Below, piece by piece: positions 1-12,535 of a stretch of DNA of 64,000 nucleotides. The notes beneath the pieces were generated by a model. The model ran no database searches. It saw only the letters and a list, made by a program, of their open reading frames with translations, and was not told the DNA's origin. Origin of the DNA: Eledone cirrhosa (taxonomy: Eukaryota). The translations under genes and the position numbers were made by a program. The stretch covers positions 230,144,001 through 230,208,000 of the forward strand of contig OZ024741.1 in the NCBI GenBank assembly GCA_964016885.1, read 5' to 3'. Position 1 is the stretch's first letter; each line of letters starts with the position of its first letter.

Positions 1-882
1 TGTTACTAGATGGCAAATTGGGCGAGTCATTGTGTCATTGGATAAAATGTATTTGTTCTAGTTGACTGCTCTCTGATTTCTTATCCTGTAGGTGTCAATT
101 TTGTCTTTCATCCTATCGAGATCGATGAACAAGGTATCAGTCCAGGAGCGGTAGATTATCAGAATTGTTAATGTTTTGTGGCATCTGATCCTGCTCTGGG
201 GATTCTGAGTTTAAATCCTACTGAGATTACCTTTTCATTTCATCATTTCATGGTCTATGAATTAAGTATCAAACTAAGTGCGGTGAATTGAAGTATTATT
301 TAAAACTGAGGCAGGAGATTTGTCGTGTCAGATAAGGCTCTTTGCGTCTTAAATTCAAATTCCACTTCATTCTGCTTCTGCCAGATGCTGAGGTGGGCAT
401 GACAGTACCAGCAATTGAAAGTCAAACGGTAACACATTGTGATAGACGCGATAAGAGAATTGGCTCCTTTCCTTTCAGTTTCTTGGTTGTTTATTGGCTG
501 AAGCAAAACATCGCTACATTTACCCGATTCTAAAAGCTCTCTAAAATGTCTATGCTGTAATGATGTTCGATACACATTGCATATCGCTACTGTTGTTACA
601 CTTGAATAGCACCTGAGAAGCAATAGACTGTCATTGCGTGTAAGCTAGATTTATTTTTTATCGTTTGGCGTACAGCCTATCGCATTGAGGTAGTTTGGGC
701 ATCCCCCACACATACTCATATGCAAATACACACATATAGTTGCGCACACAGACACACATGCATATGTATGATTAAGTATATATATATTTATATATATATA
801 TATATATATAATATATAAATATATATGTATATATGTATGTATATATATATATAATATATAAATATATATGTATATATGTATG

Positions 883-915
<33 letters not shown>

Positions 916-916
916 A

Positions 917-1172
917 TTTATTAAAATAACAGATTAAAGTTTAAGCAAAGAATCGCTGCTTTCACCCTTAACGGGATCTTCTGAAACTAACAAAGTCAAT
1001 CTGTAAACCCAGAAGTGGATATTTAAAAAAACGTTGCAACCGGAGGAAGACAGGAAGACGATACTTTGGTTTGTGGAAACGTTCCGTGGCAAAGAACGGG
1101 AAAAAACGAATATAATACGTCATTAATAGGAGCGGTGAAAAAGAATTACACGTAAAGACAGAACCACGTTTA
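917..1172 (-). mobile_element. Family B PLE terminal (pseudo-LTR) fragment with variant hammerhead motif
   Basis: Matches the 3' terminus of the PLE at 57586-60690; abuts (TA)n. Confidence 0.75.
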
Positions 1173-1249
1173 TTATTATTACTATATAATACACTGGGAT
1201 AATTGCTGGCCTTGTGCCAAAAGTAGAAACAATTATTATTATTACTATA

Positions 1250-1800
1250 AACGGAAAAAGTGAAACGAAATTTCATTTCCCACTCTTAGTACGGCTGTTA
1301 CTTAAATATAAGTATGTACACGTACATACATATATGTATACAGACGTACAGTAGTATGTATATATATATACATACATATATATATATACATACATGCACA
1401 CATATATATATGTACGATGAAATTTCGTTTCATTTTTTCCGTTTATCGTTTTCAGTGCACCCGGCCGATTAACCCACTCGATATGCAAATTGGGCTATTC
1501 AGCCGTTAATATACATAAGGTAAGTATATACGTTCAACAATCTGACAGGAAGTTATACGTTGCTGACGATAGCTAATAAGCTTGAAACTAGTACAGCGTT
1601 CCTTTGTCAGTGTTGAACAAACGAGCAACGATGGTTGCTAGACACTACGGCTTAATACGGGATGTTTGTTTACAAACACACAGAGCATTATAATAAATGT
1701 TCGGTGAATCCATACGTACATATATATATGTGTGCATGTATGTATATATATATACATACTACTGTACGTCTGTATACATATATGTATGTACGTGTACATA

Positions 1801-1806
<6 letters not shown>
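1250..1806 (+). mobile_element. Family A non-coding hammerhead-bearing element (retrozyme/PLE-like) with inverted 5' arm
   Basis: Homologous to 20455-21432 and 31108-31956; 1250-1415 is an inverted copy of the unit end/start junction; ends in (TA)n. Confidence 0.8.
1557..1599 (+). ncRNA. Type I minimal hammerhead ribozyme (family A)
   Basis: acgttg-CTGACGA-t-agc taataa gct-t-GAAA-CTAG-TA^-cagcgt; 6-bp stem I, palindromic stem III. Confidence 0.85.
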
Positions 1807-1884
<78 letters not shown>

Positions 1885-2153
1885 TATATATACTTCATCA
1901 TACATATGCATGTGTGTCTGTATATATATATATATATATATACATGAAATATAAGCATTCAGTACTATATACTTTCCGCCGTACTGTCAGAGATTACAAT
2001 TGTGTTGAGATGGAATTGCCTGATAAGTGTTCTTTGGCACTTGATGTGTTTATGGAGTGATGTATGTTTACATCAGTATTGCTACACACGCTCCACCACC
2101 CCACACATATACGCACACACACACACTCACACATATATATATATGCATATTTT

Positions 2154-2186
<33 letters not shown>

Positions 2187-2362
2187 ATGTATGTACGTGT
2201 GTATGTACGTGTGTATGTGTGTATTTGTATGTATGTAGGTATATGTATAAGTACATATATATGTATGTATATATGTGTGTAAATATACATATATATATAT
2301 ATATCTGTGTGTATATGCATACACATACACACTACACATACACACACTACACATACACACAC

Positions 2363-2437
<75 letters not shown>

Positions 2438-2539
2438 TAAAGGGCCATAAGATTAAAACTTGAAAATCTTCGGTTAACTATCGTTGTAATTCGCAGACAG
2501 AATTACATTATGGACTCTACCCAATAGTTTTCATAATAT

Positions 2540-4940
2540 TGTAGTGACCTACATTCCGCGGGCTCACATACATTCTCTGTGCGTGATTTGGCTCAGCTCA
2601 GCCAATCAGAGCCAGTAGAAGAGGATGTATCCCTACGCGTCCTGAGGGAGAAATTACCCGCGAAGATTTGAAGAATCTCTCTCTCGCTCCAGGAACTTCG
2701 AGCCAGCAACTCGTACAATGTGACGGTGAGATTTTGCACCTTAGCCTGCCAGCTTTCCGGCGCAGTGGCACATTCCCTTTTGTAACCTCATTTTTATGTG
2801 TAACTTCAGTATCGGTAGAGGGTCGGACGCCATGCTTTCCAGCATAGTTACGTCCCATTACGATCTGAGTTCAAATCCCGCCGAGGTTGACTTTGCCTTT
2901 CATCCTTACGGGGTCGATAAAATAAAGTACCAGTAATGCACTGGATAATTGCTGGCCTTGTGCCTAACGTAGAAACAATTATTTGTGCTACAACAAAAAT
3001 AAACATACATTTCATCTCTAATTTCTGCTGTTGACATCATTATTATGTTACTCGTGTCTCAATAACATTTATACACAATGCTGCAAAATTGGTGACCTGA
3101 CGTGAGGAATATTGTAAATAAAAAATATTCCTTTTAAAATTTTTAAAAAATTAGCAGTATTTCAAAAACTTTTCGCCACGAGGAAATTTCAAAATGGCTA
3201 CCGACAAGTCCTGTCTACAATCGACAACAACAACAACAGCAGCAGCAGCAGCAGCGACAACATTGTCTAACCACTAACCAACAACATGGAATAGTGATAT
3301 GGCAGCTTCATGGCCTTACCGAAGCAACCGCCACACATCATATTGTTTACTTCTATGCTTTCACATGTATTTTCAAAATTATAGCCCGGAGACTTTTTTT
3401 TTTTTTTTCTTTCGATACGGCTTCCTGCAATACAGACAAGCAACACAACCTTATGTCACACAAGGTGGTAGGACGGTAAAATGGCCACGAAAACTCTCAA
3501 AAACAATATACACCTAACCCCTAGTGGCATTAACACACTTCTTTTTCATTTTTCAGATAGATCTAGTGTCAGAAAGTCTGTACACTGGTGATGTGTGAAC
3601 TATTTGACTTTGAAAAACTTTGAACTTATCATTGAGCATTAATTTCTCTGCTCCCTTATATTGACTTTGAATTATCAGTTTGTTACATTCACATATTTCT
3701 TTGTAAAATGTATTTACTTGTTTTGTGCTCTTTTGCTTGCTCATGGTTTTTGTTCATTCACATTCTTTGCTGTTTTATATGCCTGCATATGCACACATTT
3801 CTTTGTCACCTACCAACATGTTGTTCTTAGTATATGTTCTTCAAACGTAATATTCTGTGAGATCCCTTTTCACCTGGTTGAGGTGCCGTCACATGATAGC
3901 AACTCATAGAGCTTAATTCACCTGGATTCAGACAGGCACTGCAACACGAGAATGCTAATTGCAGCTGAACGTTGCACACTCATCGTCCATGACGGCCTCC
4001 ATCTTGTTGTCTTGTCCGACTCGCTGGGAAAACAACAAATAGAACTGGACTTGTCAGCATTTCCACCACTTCTGTGGATTCGCCCGAATTATGGAATTTA
4101 CACTGCAACCCACCTACAGATTCAGCTTGCTTTTTTTCTTTTCAAAGCAACCAGCCATTTTTTCCTGGCCCCTAGCACATTCGGCAATACATCTGGGAGG
4201 CCAACATTTTCTCGCCTACCCATCATCTTCTTGCCAGCACTGGTAAACTACCATAATAGCTTCATCCACAGCTACTGGTACAACACTTACCATTAACATT
4301 TAATGCAAGAACAGCAACTTCGCCCATGTCAGACTTTATCTGTTTTCTGTTAGACCTTTGGTGGTCACGTATAAACTACAAAACAGCTAGTCATTTGACA
4401 CAGCGGCTCAACACGGCCCTTAGCGCCTCATTTTTTTCTTGCATGCATCCTTCTGCTCAATTATTTTTTCACTGATGTGCTCTTTCAGCATTTGTTCTTG
4501 CTGATTCAATAATCTGTATCGACTTCCGTCTAGTAGGGGAGTATTGTAGTGACCTACATTCCGCGGGCTCACATACATTCTCTGTGCGTGATTTGGCTCA
4601 GCTCAGCCAATCAGAGCCAGTAGAAGAGGATGTATCCCTACGCGTCCTGAGGGAGAAATTACCCGCGAAGATTTGAAGAATCTCTCTCTCGCACCAGGAA
4701 CTTTGAACCAGCAACTCGTACAATGTGACGGTGAGATTTTGCACCTTAGCCTGCCCGCTTTCCGGCGCAATGGCACATTCCCTTTTGTAACCTCATTTTT
4801 ATGTGTAACTTCAACCATACAAGTTAACCAACATTATTTGTGCTACAACAAAAATAAACATACATTTCATCTCTAATTTCTGCTGTTGACATCATTATTA
4901 TGTTACTCGTGTCTCAATAACATTTATACACAATGCTGCA
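2540..4940 (+). mobile_element. Internally deleted LTR retrotransposon (probably Gypsy)
   Basis: Direct LTRs 2540-3085 and 4545-4940 (TG...CA); PBS tggtgacctgacgtga at 3090 resembling tRNA-Trp complement; PPT agtaggggag before 3' LTR; near-TSD aatat/aaaat; decayed integrase-like remnant ~3950-4300. Confidence 0.85.
2807..2983 (+). mobile_element. tRNA-derived SINE inserted in the 5' LTR
   Basis: B-box gagttcaaatcc, conserved gcctttcatccttacggggtcgataaa core, (ATT) tail; absent from the 3' LTR. Confidence 0.85.
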
Positions 4941-5186
4941 AAAATCTAAAAGAAATAAAACAGGGAGATAACTCTGATAACTATTAGCCCGAAAGTGTTT
5001 TTGTTTTTCAACTTAAAGATGATTCAGATGCAAGTGTAGTATTCGTCCATGTCTGTGTTGCGTATGTTTATATATATTTATATGTGTGTGTGTCTGTTAA
5101 GTGAGAGACAGTGAATAGAAAAGAATAAATACTATATAGATACATACATATATGTATACAGCCTCAATTTATATATTTATATATAT

Positions 5187-5490
5187 GTTTACTCTTTTAC
5201 CTATTCCAGCCATCCGACTGAGACCATGCTGGGGCACCGCCCTTGTTGCTACACGTTCCATCTCCAGCCAGTTTTGGCTGGCCATTGGTGTGAGAGGGAG
5301 TTCGTTGCTGCTGTCCTTCGGTTACCTTTGTACCGTGCTGTGGGCTCATCCGGGATTCTGGATAGGAGAGTGTTACGATGTCACGATTTTTCTTGAAAAC
5401 ATCCACGTCCACACCATGCAGATCTCTCAAACTTCTTGGCATCTTGTTGAAAAGTTGAAGGCCTTTGAATCCATATATAGGTATAATAAA
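5187..5490 (-). mobile_element. 3' end of CR1/L2-like LINE
   Basis: GLQLFNKMPRSLRDLHGVDVDVFKK resembles the CR1-group ORF2 C-terminus; tail ggcggtgccccagcatgg...gtaaaagagtaaa. Confidence 0.6.
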
Positions 5491-5492
5491 TA

Positions 5493-5540
<48 letters not shown>

Positions 5541-5874
5541 AGAGTTCACTCTCTTGATATAACAGGTAAGTCACTTAAGGGAAGGTAGGTGGTGTTTGTG
5601 TGTGTGTGTCTGGCCTATCATGAACTTCAACATCGTAATGTTCTATATCATTACAATCCTCAACTATGATATAAATCACACCTGCCATTTCTCTCTGTTG
5701 ATATAAAAAGTAAGTCACTCAAAGGGATGGCAGCGGTGATAATTCATCCTTATTGTTGAAATGGATGAACTATGTTCCTTTCCTAGCATCCTTACTGTAA
5801 TAACCCAAGCATTCACAGACATTTAGAATGTATTTGTGTATGCATGTTTTCCAGTAATATTAATCTAATCCGAA

Positions 5875-7088
5875 TCGTTCCTATAGTAGACACTACTGTT
5901 TTGTTCTTGTTCCTATTGTAGATATACATGTTTTGTTCCTATTGTAGATATACATGTTTTGTTCCTATAGTAGATATCCATGTTTTGTTCCTATTGTAGA
6001 TATACATGTTTTGTTCCTATAGTAGATATCCATGTTTTGTTCCTATTGTAGATATACATGTTTTGTTCCTATAGTAGATATACATGTTTTGTTCCTATAG
6101 TAGATATCCATGTTTTGTTCCTATTGTAGATATACATGTTTTGTTCCTATAGTAGATATCCATGTTTTGTTCCTATTGTAGATATACATGTTTTGTTCCT
6201 ATTGTAGATATACATGTTTTGTTCCTATAGTAGATATCCATGTTTTGTTCCTATAGTAGATATCCATGTTTTGTTCCTATTGTAGATATACATGTTTTGT
6301 TCCTATTGTAGATATACATGTTTTGTTCCTATAGTAGATATCCATGTTTTGTTCCTATTGTAGATATACATGTTTTGTTCCTATAGTAGATATCCATGTT
6401 TTGTTCCTATTGTAGATATCCATGTTTTGTTCCTATTGTAGATATCCATGTTTTGTTCCTATTGTAGATATACATGTTTTGTTCCTATAGTAGATATCCA
6501 TGTTTTGTTCCTATAGTAGATATCCATGTTTTGTTCCTATTGTAGATATACATGTTTTGTTCCTATTGTAGATATACATGTTTTGTTCCTATTGTAGATA
6601 TCCATGTTTTGTTCCTATAGTAGATATCCATGTTTTGTTCCTATTGTAGATATACATGTTTTGTTCCTATTGTAGATATACATGTTTTGTTCCTATTTTA
6701 GATATACATGTTTCGCTCCTATAGTAGATATCCATGTTTTGTTCCTATTGTAGATATACATGTTTTGTTCCTATAGTAGATATCCATGTTTTGTTCCTAT
6801 AGTAGATATCCATGTTTTGTTCCTATTGTAGATATACATGTTTTGTTCCTATTGTAGATATACATGTTTTGTTCCTATTTTAGATATACATGTTTCGCTC
6901 CTATAGTAGATATCCATGTTTTGTTCCTATTGTAGATATACATGTTTTGTTCCTATAGTAGATATCCATGTTTTGTCCCTATTGTAGATATACATGTTTA
7001 GTTCCTATTGTAGATATACGTTTTGATCCTATTGTAGATATCCGTGTGTTGTCCCTATTGTAGATATACATGTTTTGTCCCTATTGTA
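5875..7088. repeat. 26-bp tandem satellite, ~45 copies
   Basis: Unit catgttttgttcctat(t/a)gtagatat(a/c); period 26 measured at 5927/5953. Confidence 0.95.
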
Positions 7089-7950
7089 CCAATGAGAGCC
7101 ACACATTTAACCGGATAGACAAAAAAAGTAGGAAAGCACTATCCAAACTAATATGGAGGCTAAAACAGAACCGGGTACAGTACTCGCTGTCTTGTAGTAC
7201 ACTAGCAAGCGAATTTCCATATTTAAGCGAATGTTTTTCGCATGCTTATGGTCTCTGTATAACGGAAACTCTACGTATTATCAATAGAATACACCAAGTA
7301 ATTAACAAACACTCCGACCTATTTAATACTTGTATGCATAAAATTTCGAAAACTTTCCTGAGAATATATAGTAAGCTAATTCCGTAAACATTAACCAGCA
7401 CATAGACCAGAAAATAATTACTAAACTATACATCAATACATAATTACACAGGAATCTCCCCTAATAACTAATACATACGATGGAAATATAAATACGCAGA
7501 ATTAAGTTTAAACAAATTAACAAACAAATAAGTAGATCATTCAAGCCAATTCTTTAAGATATATGAACCGGAGACTGACCCCTCTGGAAATTTGACACAT
7601 TAACCTACTTACAATCCCTAGAATGCCAGCAACAATTCAACCTCCCGCTCCCTATATAACTACTTGAATAGCAATACTATCCATATAATTAATGGACAAC
7701 AATGTAAACACAACGATGAAACAGTAGCATATCAAAAGCTAAAACACCACACTTCTCAAACTGTCTGAAGAGAACATGTCAGAAGGTTATTATGTAACCA
7801 CTCTGACATCTTCGAAATACGTATAACAGAATTGTGTTATAAAAAGATGTACACTTAAATCCGTGTCTCTTATTCATAATATTGAAACTCCAGTTGATAC
7901 CTTACCAATACATTCCTAAGGAATACAAATTGTAGAATATTTTACGTCTG
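7089..7950 (+). mobile_element. PLE 3' fragment (GIY-YIG C-terminus plus 3' UTR)
   Basis: ALSKLIWRLK...LCITE...INKHSDLFNTCMHK aligns by eye with the C-termini of the PLE ORFs at 17644 and 32252; hammerhead downstream. Confidence 0.7.
7761..7829 (+). ncRNA. Type I hammerhead ribozyme
   Basis: ctgt-CTGAAGA-[gaacatgtcaga...tctgacatcttc]-GAAA-TACGTA-TA^-acag. Confidence 0.85.
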
Positions 7951-8112
7951 TTAACAAAAAAAAAAAAAATGTCGGCGTATTATATGACCAATCAACTTTC
8001 TTTAATTGAATAATATATAAAGTACCAGTAATGCACTGGGTATTTGCTGGCCTTGTGCCTAAAGTAGAAACAATTAATTGAATAATATATATATACCTAT
8101 ATATATATATAT

Positions 8113-8370
8113 ATTTATTAAAATAACAGATTAAAGTTTAAGCAAAGAATCGCTGCTTTCACCCTTAACGGGATCTTCTGAAACTAACAAAGTCTAACAA
8201 AGACTTTGTTAGTTTCAGAAGATCCCGTTAAGGGTGAAAGCAGCGATTCTTTGCTTAAACTTTAATCTGTTATTTTAATAAATATTTGCTCTACGGTTCT
8301 TATATATTTGATATATATTTTCCTTATCGAGCCCTCTTTGGATTTTAGTCTTCAATTTTATTATTATTAC

Positions 8371-8372
<2 letters not shown>
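8113..8372. mobile_element. Family B fold-back element (arms ~8113-8194 / 8201-8283)
   Basis: Near-perfect ~80-bp inverted repeat between (TA)n tracts, with a CAGAAGA...GAAA hammerhead fold on both strands. Confidence 0.85.
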
Positions 8373-8401
<29 letters not shown>

Positions 8402-8445
8402 ATACCTATATATATATATATATATTATACCTATATATATATATT

Positions 8446-8506
<61 letters not shown>

Positions 8507-8529
8507 TATATATATATATATACCTTAAA

Positions 8530-9410
8530 ATTCAGTGGGAATGGGAAGGAAGCAAGAACGGGGGGGGGGGGGGGGGTTCCTCATCGGGCAAGGGGATGAA
8601 AGTGAGAGGGAGAAAGGGAGAGGAAGAAAGTGGGGTAAGAGTAGAAAGGGAGGGGAAGAAAGTGGGTGAGAGTCGAAAGTGGCGAAATAGGTAGGTAGAA
8701 GGGGAGAGAAGAATGGTCACAGCGAAAAACATGATGAATAGAAATCGCTGTGTAGTTGCTATTTAAGGTAACTTAAAATGCAGTCGGAATACGAAGAAAG
8801 CAAGAACAGAGGGGTGGAGAGTTTTGCTCATCAGTTGTCTACTGAGGGTCTCGGATATTTCTACGCTTTAAAGACAATATATCTACCGCCCAGGGCGTCA
8901 ATAACTGGATAAGTTATTGGGAAAAAGAAGGAAAGAGGGAAGGAAATCAAAGGGGAAGAAAAGAGGAAACAGTAACAAAACAGCGAAAAATAAACAATAA
9001 ACCGAGCAATGTGCGAGCAACTATAGGTAGGAAATCCAAGACCACTCGATAAGAGAACTTAGGTCCAAGACTGAGTAATCGAGAGAAACAAGACACACGT
9101 CCGATCGCCGCAGTTGAAAGTGAGAAGAGAACTGCTAAACGGTCAGGCGAGAGGTGAAAGTGAGAGGGAGGAAGGGAGAGGAAGAAAGTAGGGTAAGAGT
9201 AGATAGGGAAAAAAAGGAGGGGAAGAAAGAGGGGTGAGAGTAGAAAGTGGCGAAATAGGAACGTAGAATGGGTGAGAAGAATGGTCACAGCGAAAAACAT
9301 GATGAAATATATGGAGATTGTCTTTAAAGCGTAGAAATATCCGAGACCCCAGTAGACAAATGATGAGGAAACCCCCCCCCCCGCGTTCTTGCTTTCTTCG
9401 TATTCCCACT
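8530..9410. mobile_element. Purine-rich non-coding element with internal direct and inverted duplications (PLE-terminus-like)
   Basis: 8596-8740 is repeated at 9155-9308; 8780-8880 is inverted at 9317-9410; head resembles 22685 and 28950; flanked by (TA)n. Confidence 0.55.
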
Positions 9411-9517
9411 ATATATATATATATATATACATTGAAGACGGGCGACCGAACTAGATACTGCTAAATGTTTCTCTGCCTTTTAAACCCCATGGATTATATT
9501 CCTTTGTTAAATTTCGA

Positions 9518-9575
9518 ATACCTGATGATGTCACCGGATTCATACTGAACCCGGTCATTGAAATGTTCATAGTAT
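9518..9575 (+). ncRNA. Type I hammerhead ribozyme
   Basis: atac-CTGATGA-[accggattca...tgaacccggt]-GAAA-tgttca-TA^-gtat, followed by AATAAA; lies in a ~200-bp island between (TA)n tracts. Confidence 0.8.
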
Positions 9576-9647
9576 AATAAACCCTTAAGGAATTACACCA
9601 GTCCAGCCTCCTGTTATTTTATAATTATAATATATATATATATATTT

Positions 9648-9836
9648 ATAGGAACCAGTAAGACCCCGACAGCTGAGCTCAGGCCGTTTCGACGGCTAAT
9701 TCAGAATTAGCCGTCGAAACGGCCTGAGCTCAGCTGTCGGGGTCTTACTGGTTCCTATTACCCACTCTACTACCTCAAGTATTGAGTACTTTGGTGCGTT
9801 ATGGTCCACCTGGTTCCTTACCACATTTCCTTCGTT
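9648..9836 (+). mobile_element. Family E fold-back element with 3' half-hammerhead
   Basis: Palindrome 9648-9758 centred on gacggctaattc-a-gaattagccgtc, followed by GAAA, stem III and GTC; other copies at 14441-14636 and 38743-38821. Confidence 0.8.
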
Positions 9837-9841
9837 ATATA

Positions 9842-9883
<42 letters not shown>

Positions 9884-9994
9884 TAATTTAATATATCAAC
9901 TAACATAAGCGCACAGATGCACGCCCATGCCAGCAAATACACAGGTTATGTCATAGTACCTAGGTGGTTCAATGCAGGAGAATGCAGAACAATA

Positions 9995-10252
9995 ATATAA
10001 AGGACGTAAAATAAGAAAATATTTTTTTAAAAAAATTAAAAAAAAAAATTTTTTCTTACTTAAATTTTCACTCCAACTAATTAGTTTCTGCAATGGGATA
10101 AAGACAGTTACGTAATCCAACTGTCGAGAATTCAGTTGGATTACGTAACTGTCTTTATCCCATTGCAGAAACTAATTAGTTGGAGTGAAAATTTAAGTAA
10201 GAAAAAATTTTTTTTTAAATTTTTTTTAAAAAATATTTTCTTATTTTACGTC

Positions 10253-10260
<8 letters not shown>
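9995..10260. mobile_element. Fold-back element (~128-bp arms) with 3' half-hammerhead
   Basis: Arms 9995-10123 / 10133-10260; each carries GAAA-CTAATTAG-TT^-ggag. Confidence 0.8.
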
Positions 10261-10338
<78 letters not shown>

Positions 10339-10430
10339 GTGTGTATGTGTGTGTGTGTATGTGTGTGTGTGTATGTGCGTGTGTGTGTGTGTGTGTGCGT
10401 GTGTGTGTGTGTGCGTGTGTGTGTGTGTGT

Positions 10431-10474
<44 letters not shown>

Positions 10475-10494
10475 GCGTGTGTGTATGTGTGTGA

Positions 10495-12535
10495 TGGACT
10501 CTCCAGTCGTATTTCTATGTACAAGGGTCAAACAGTCATCTCAGTTCAATTTCTATACATATGCCTTAAACGGCTTTTTTGCCAAGCTGCTGATTTACAC
10601 ACCACGTCGCATTTAATACAACTGACAGGAATTTTAGTGGTGCAGGATGGAATCTTTGATCAGATCTTAGTGTTAGATTATAGATTGCGAATTATGATCA
10701 GATGAGATTTTTGAAAGTTCTTTATGCTTTAATGGAAGACACATTTGCTGCCAAGTTAAGTAAATTAGTTCTCATACTTTAGATTCTTGTCAGCAACAAT
10801 GATGGGAATCCGTGCCCCGGCTATCCCTGCTTAACATCTACTTGTCCGGTGGTGGTTGGCGTTGGTTGGTGTACCACGTCAGTCTTCTTCATATTGAATG
10901 TAAAACCAAATGCTTTACAGGTAAGCGAAAAGCGGCTCATCAATTCTTGTGCCGCTTTGGGGGATGTTGCTACAAATTCAGCGTCATCAACAAACAGTAA
11001 ATCAGGAATAACACTTGTTCGTGTAAGTGTTTCTTACAATGTTGATTTTTTAATAACCGACCTGTTGTCAGGAATTCAAATGTGACACAAATGCCTTAGT
11101 TACCAACATGCATACTGGAACATCACAGAGATGAAGAAAGCAAAGCGATCAAGTCATGACAAACTTTTTGTTCGTACCATTTGTGACACCAAAGGGTTAA
11201 GAGTATTCGCCATTTGACATAATTGATGCTTTCATGTCCTTGTGAAAAGATATGATAACTTTCAGCATATTGTCAGGCGTATCCAGCTTTTTGTGGATTT
11301 TCCAGAGACCTTTGCGATTGGCCAATGTCAAAGGCTTTGTTTAAGTCGACAAAGATCATAAAAATTTCCTGGATCTTTCCCGAACCTTCTCTGCAATCTA
11401 GCAAAGGGAGAAAATCATGTCAATAGTACCCCGACCAGTGCAGAAACCACATTTAATTTCAAGGTAGATATCAATAAGTATGTATGTAATTACCTTGCCA
11501 GCAATACAGAGAAGGAGATGCCGCCAAATTTGTTAGACAGATTTGTTACCTTTGTTTTTGATGAGAGGGATTATAAATACATCTCTATAATCTTGAGGGA
11601 CATGTAGCTCATTCAAGATTGGGTTGAATGCTAATTCGGTCATCTCCGGCCTGTGTGGAATAGATGATATAGCATCTTCATCAATGTTTGATTCAGTATT
11701 TATGACCTTTTCAAAGTGTTCTTTCCATCGAGAGAGTATCACATCTTTGTCTGTATATACGGTTGTACCATCAGAAAATAGAACTGGATTTGTCCTGCTC
11801 TCATTCGAACCATAATACTGCTTCAGGCCATTATGAACAGCCACCGAGTCCTTTCTATTGGCTTCGTCTTGCAGATCAGTTGCTTTTGTTGCCCTCAGGG
11901 CATCCTTCATCTTTCTACGCGAGGTCTGTGCCAACTGCTTAAAATATTTATAGGCTATCTTTATAGTTGTTGAGTTTTCATCTCTATTCCATAGCATGTG
12001 TAGGTTATGTATTTTGTTGATAGGATTCTGGACATCATCTGAGTTGCTTTCATCAACCGATTCCTGATGTTCTTTCATAGGGAATCTTAAGACCTCTACG
12101 GAGGCTGCATAGGTGGCATCTTTGAGCGTTTTCCAGGAATCTTCAATTTCATTAGAAATCTGGACAGAGACGTGGGATGAGTCAGGTTTTGGAGAAAATT
12201 CCAGCCTCCTATCAGTGGATCGCAAGTATCCCAACATCAACTTTGGATGAGATAGGTGCATTTTCAAGACACTTTTTGGAGGCAGAGATTGAATGAAAAC
12301 CTACGGCACAGCAACAGATATCTGAGAGATAGCAAGGAGAGTGAAAAGAACGAGTGTTTTTGAAATCCTTTAGGTTATAGCTATGTATGATGACAGTCAA
12401 TCATGTGTCGATCCTTGGATCTAGGATGCATCAATGTTGTTCTATGGTTTGCTGGTTGTTGAAAAAAGCCATTAGTTCAAATTCTTTGCAGAGTGAAACC
12501 AACCTAAGCCCATTTGAGATCATTGCTCCGACTTG
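10495..12535 (-). mobile_element. Degraded RTE-clade LINE (endonuclease end to RT)
   Basis: ORF 11533-12267 with ILSRWKEHFEKVIN; downstream GFCTGRGTIDMIFS and FVDLNKAFD-like RT motifs; many frameshifts. Confidence 0.85.

Noticed and set aside
1638-2463. Numerous YI/CV/HT/ER-repeat ORFs here and throughout the window
   Set aside because: Translations of (TA)n, (CA)n and (GA)n microsatellites; not genes
5875-7088. Regular short repeats as a possible CRISPR array
   Set aside because: Head-to-tail satellite with no unique spacers; eukaryotic context; no cas genes
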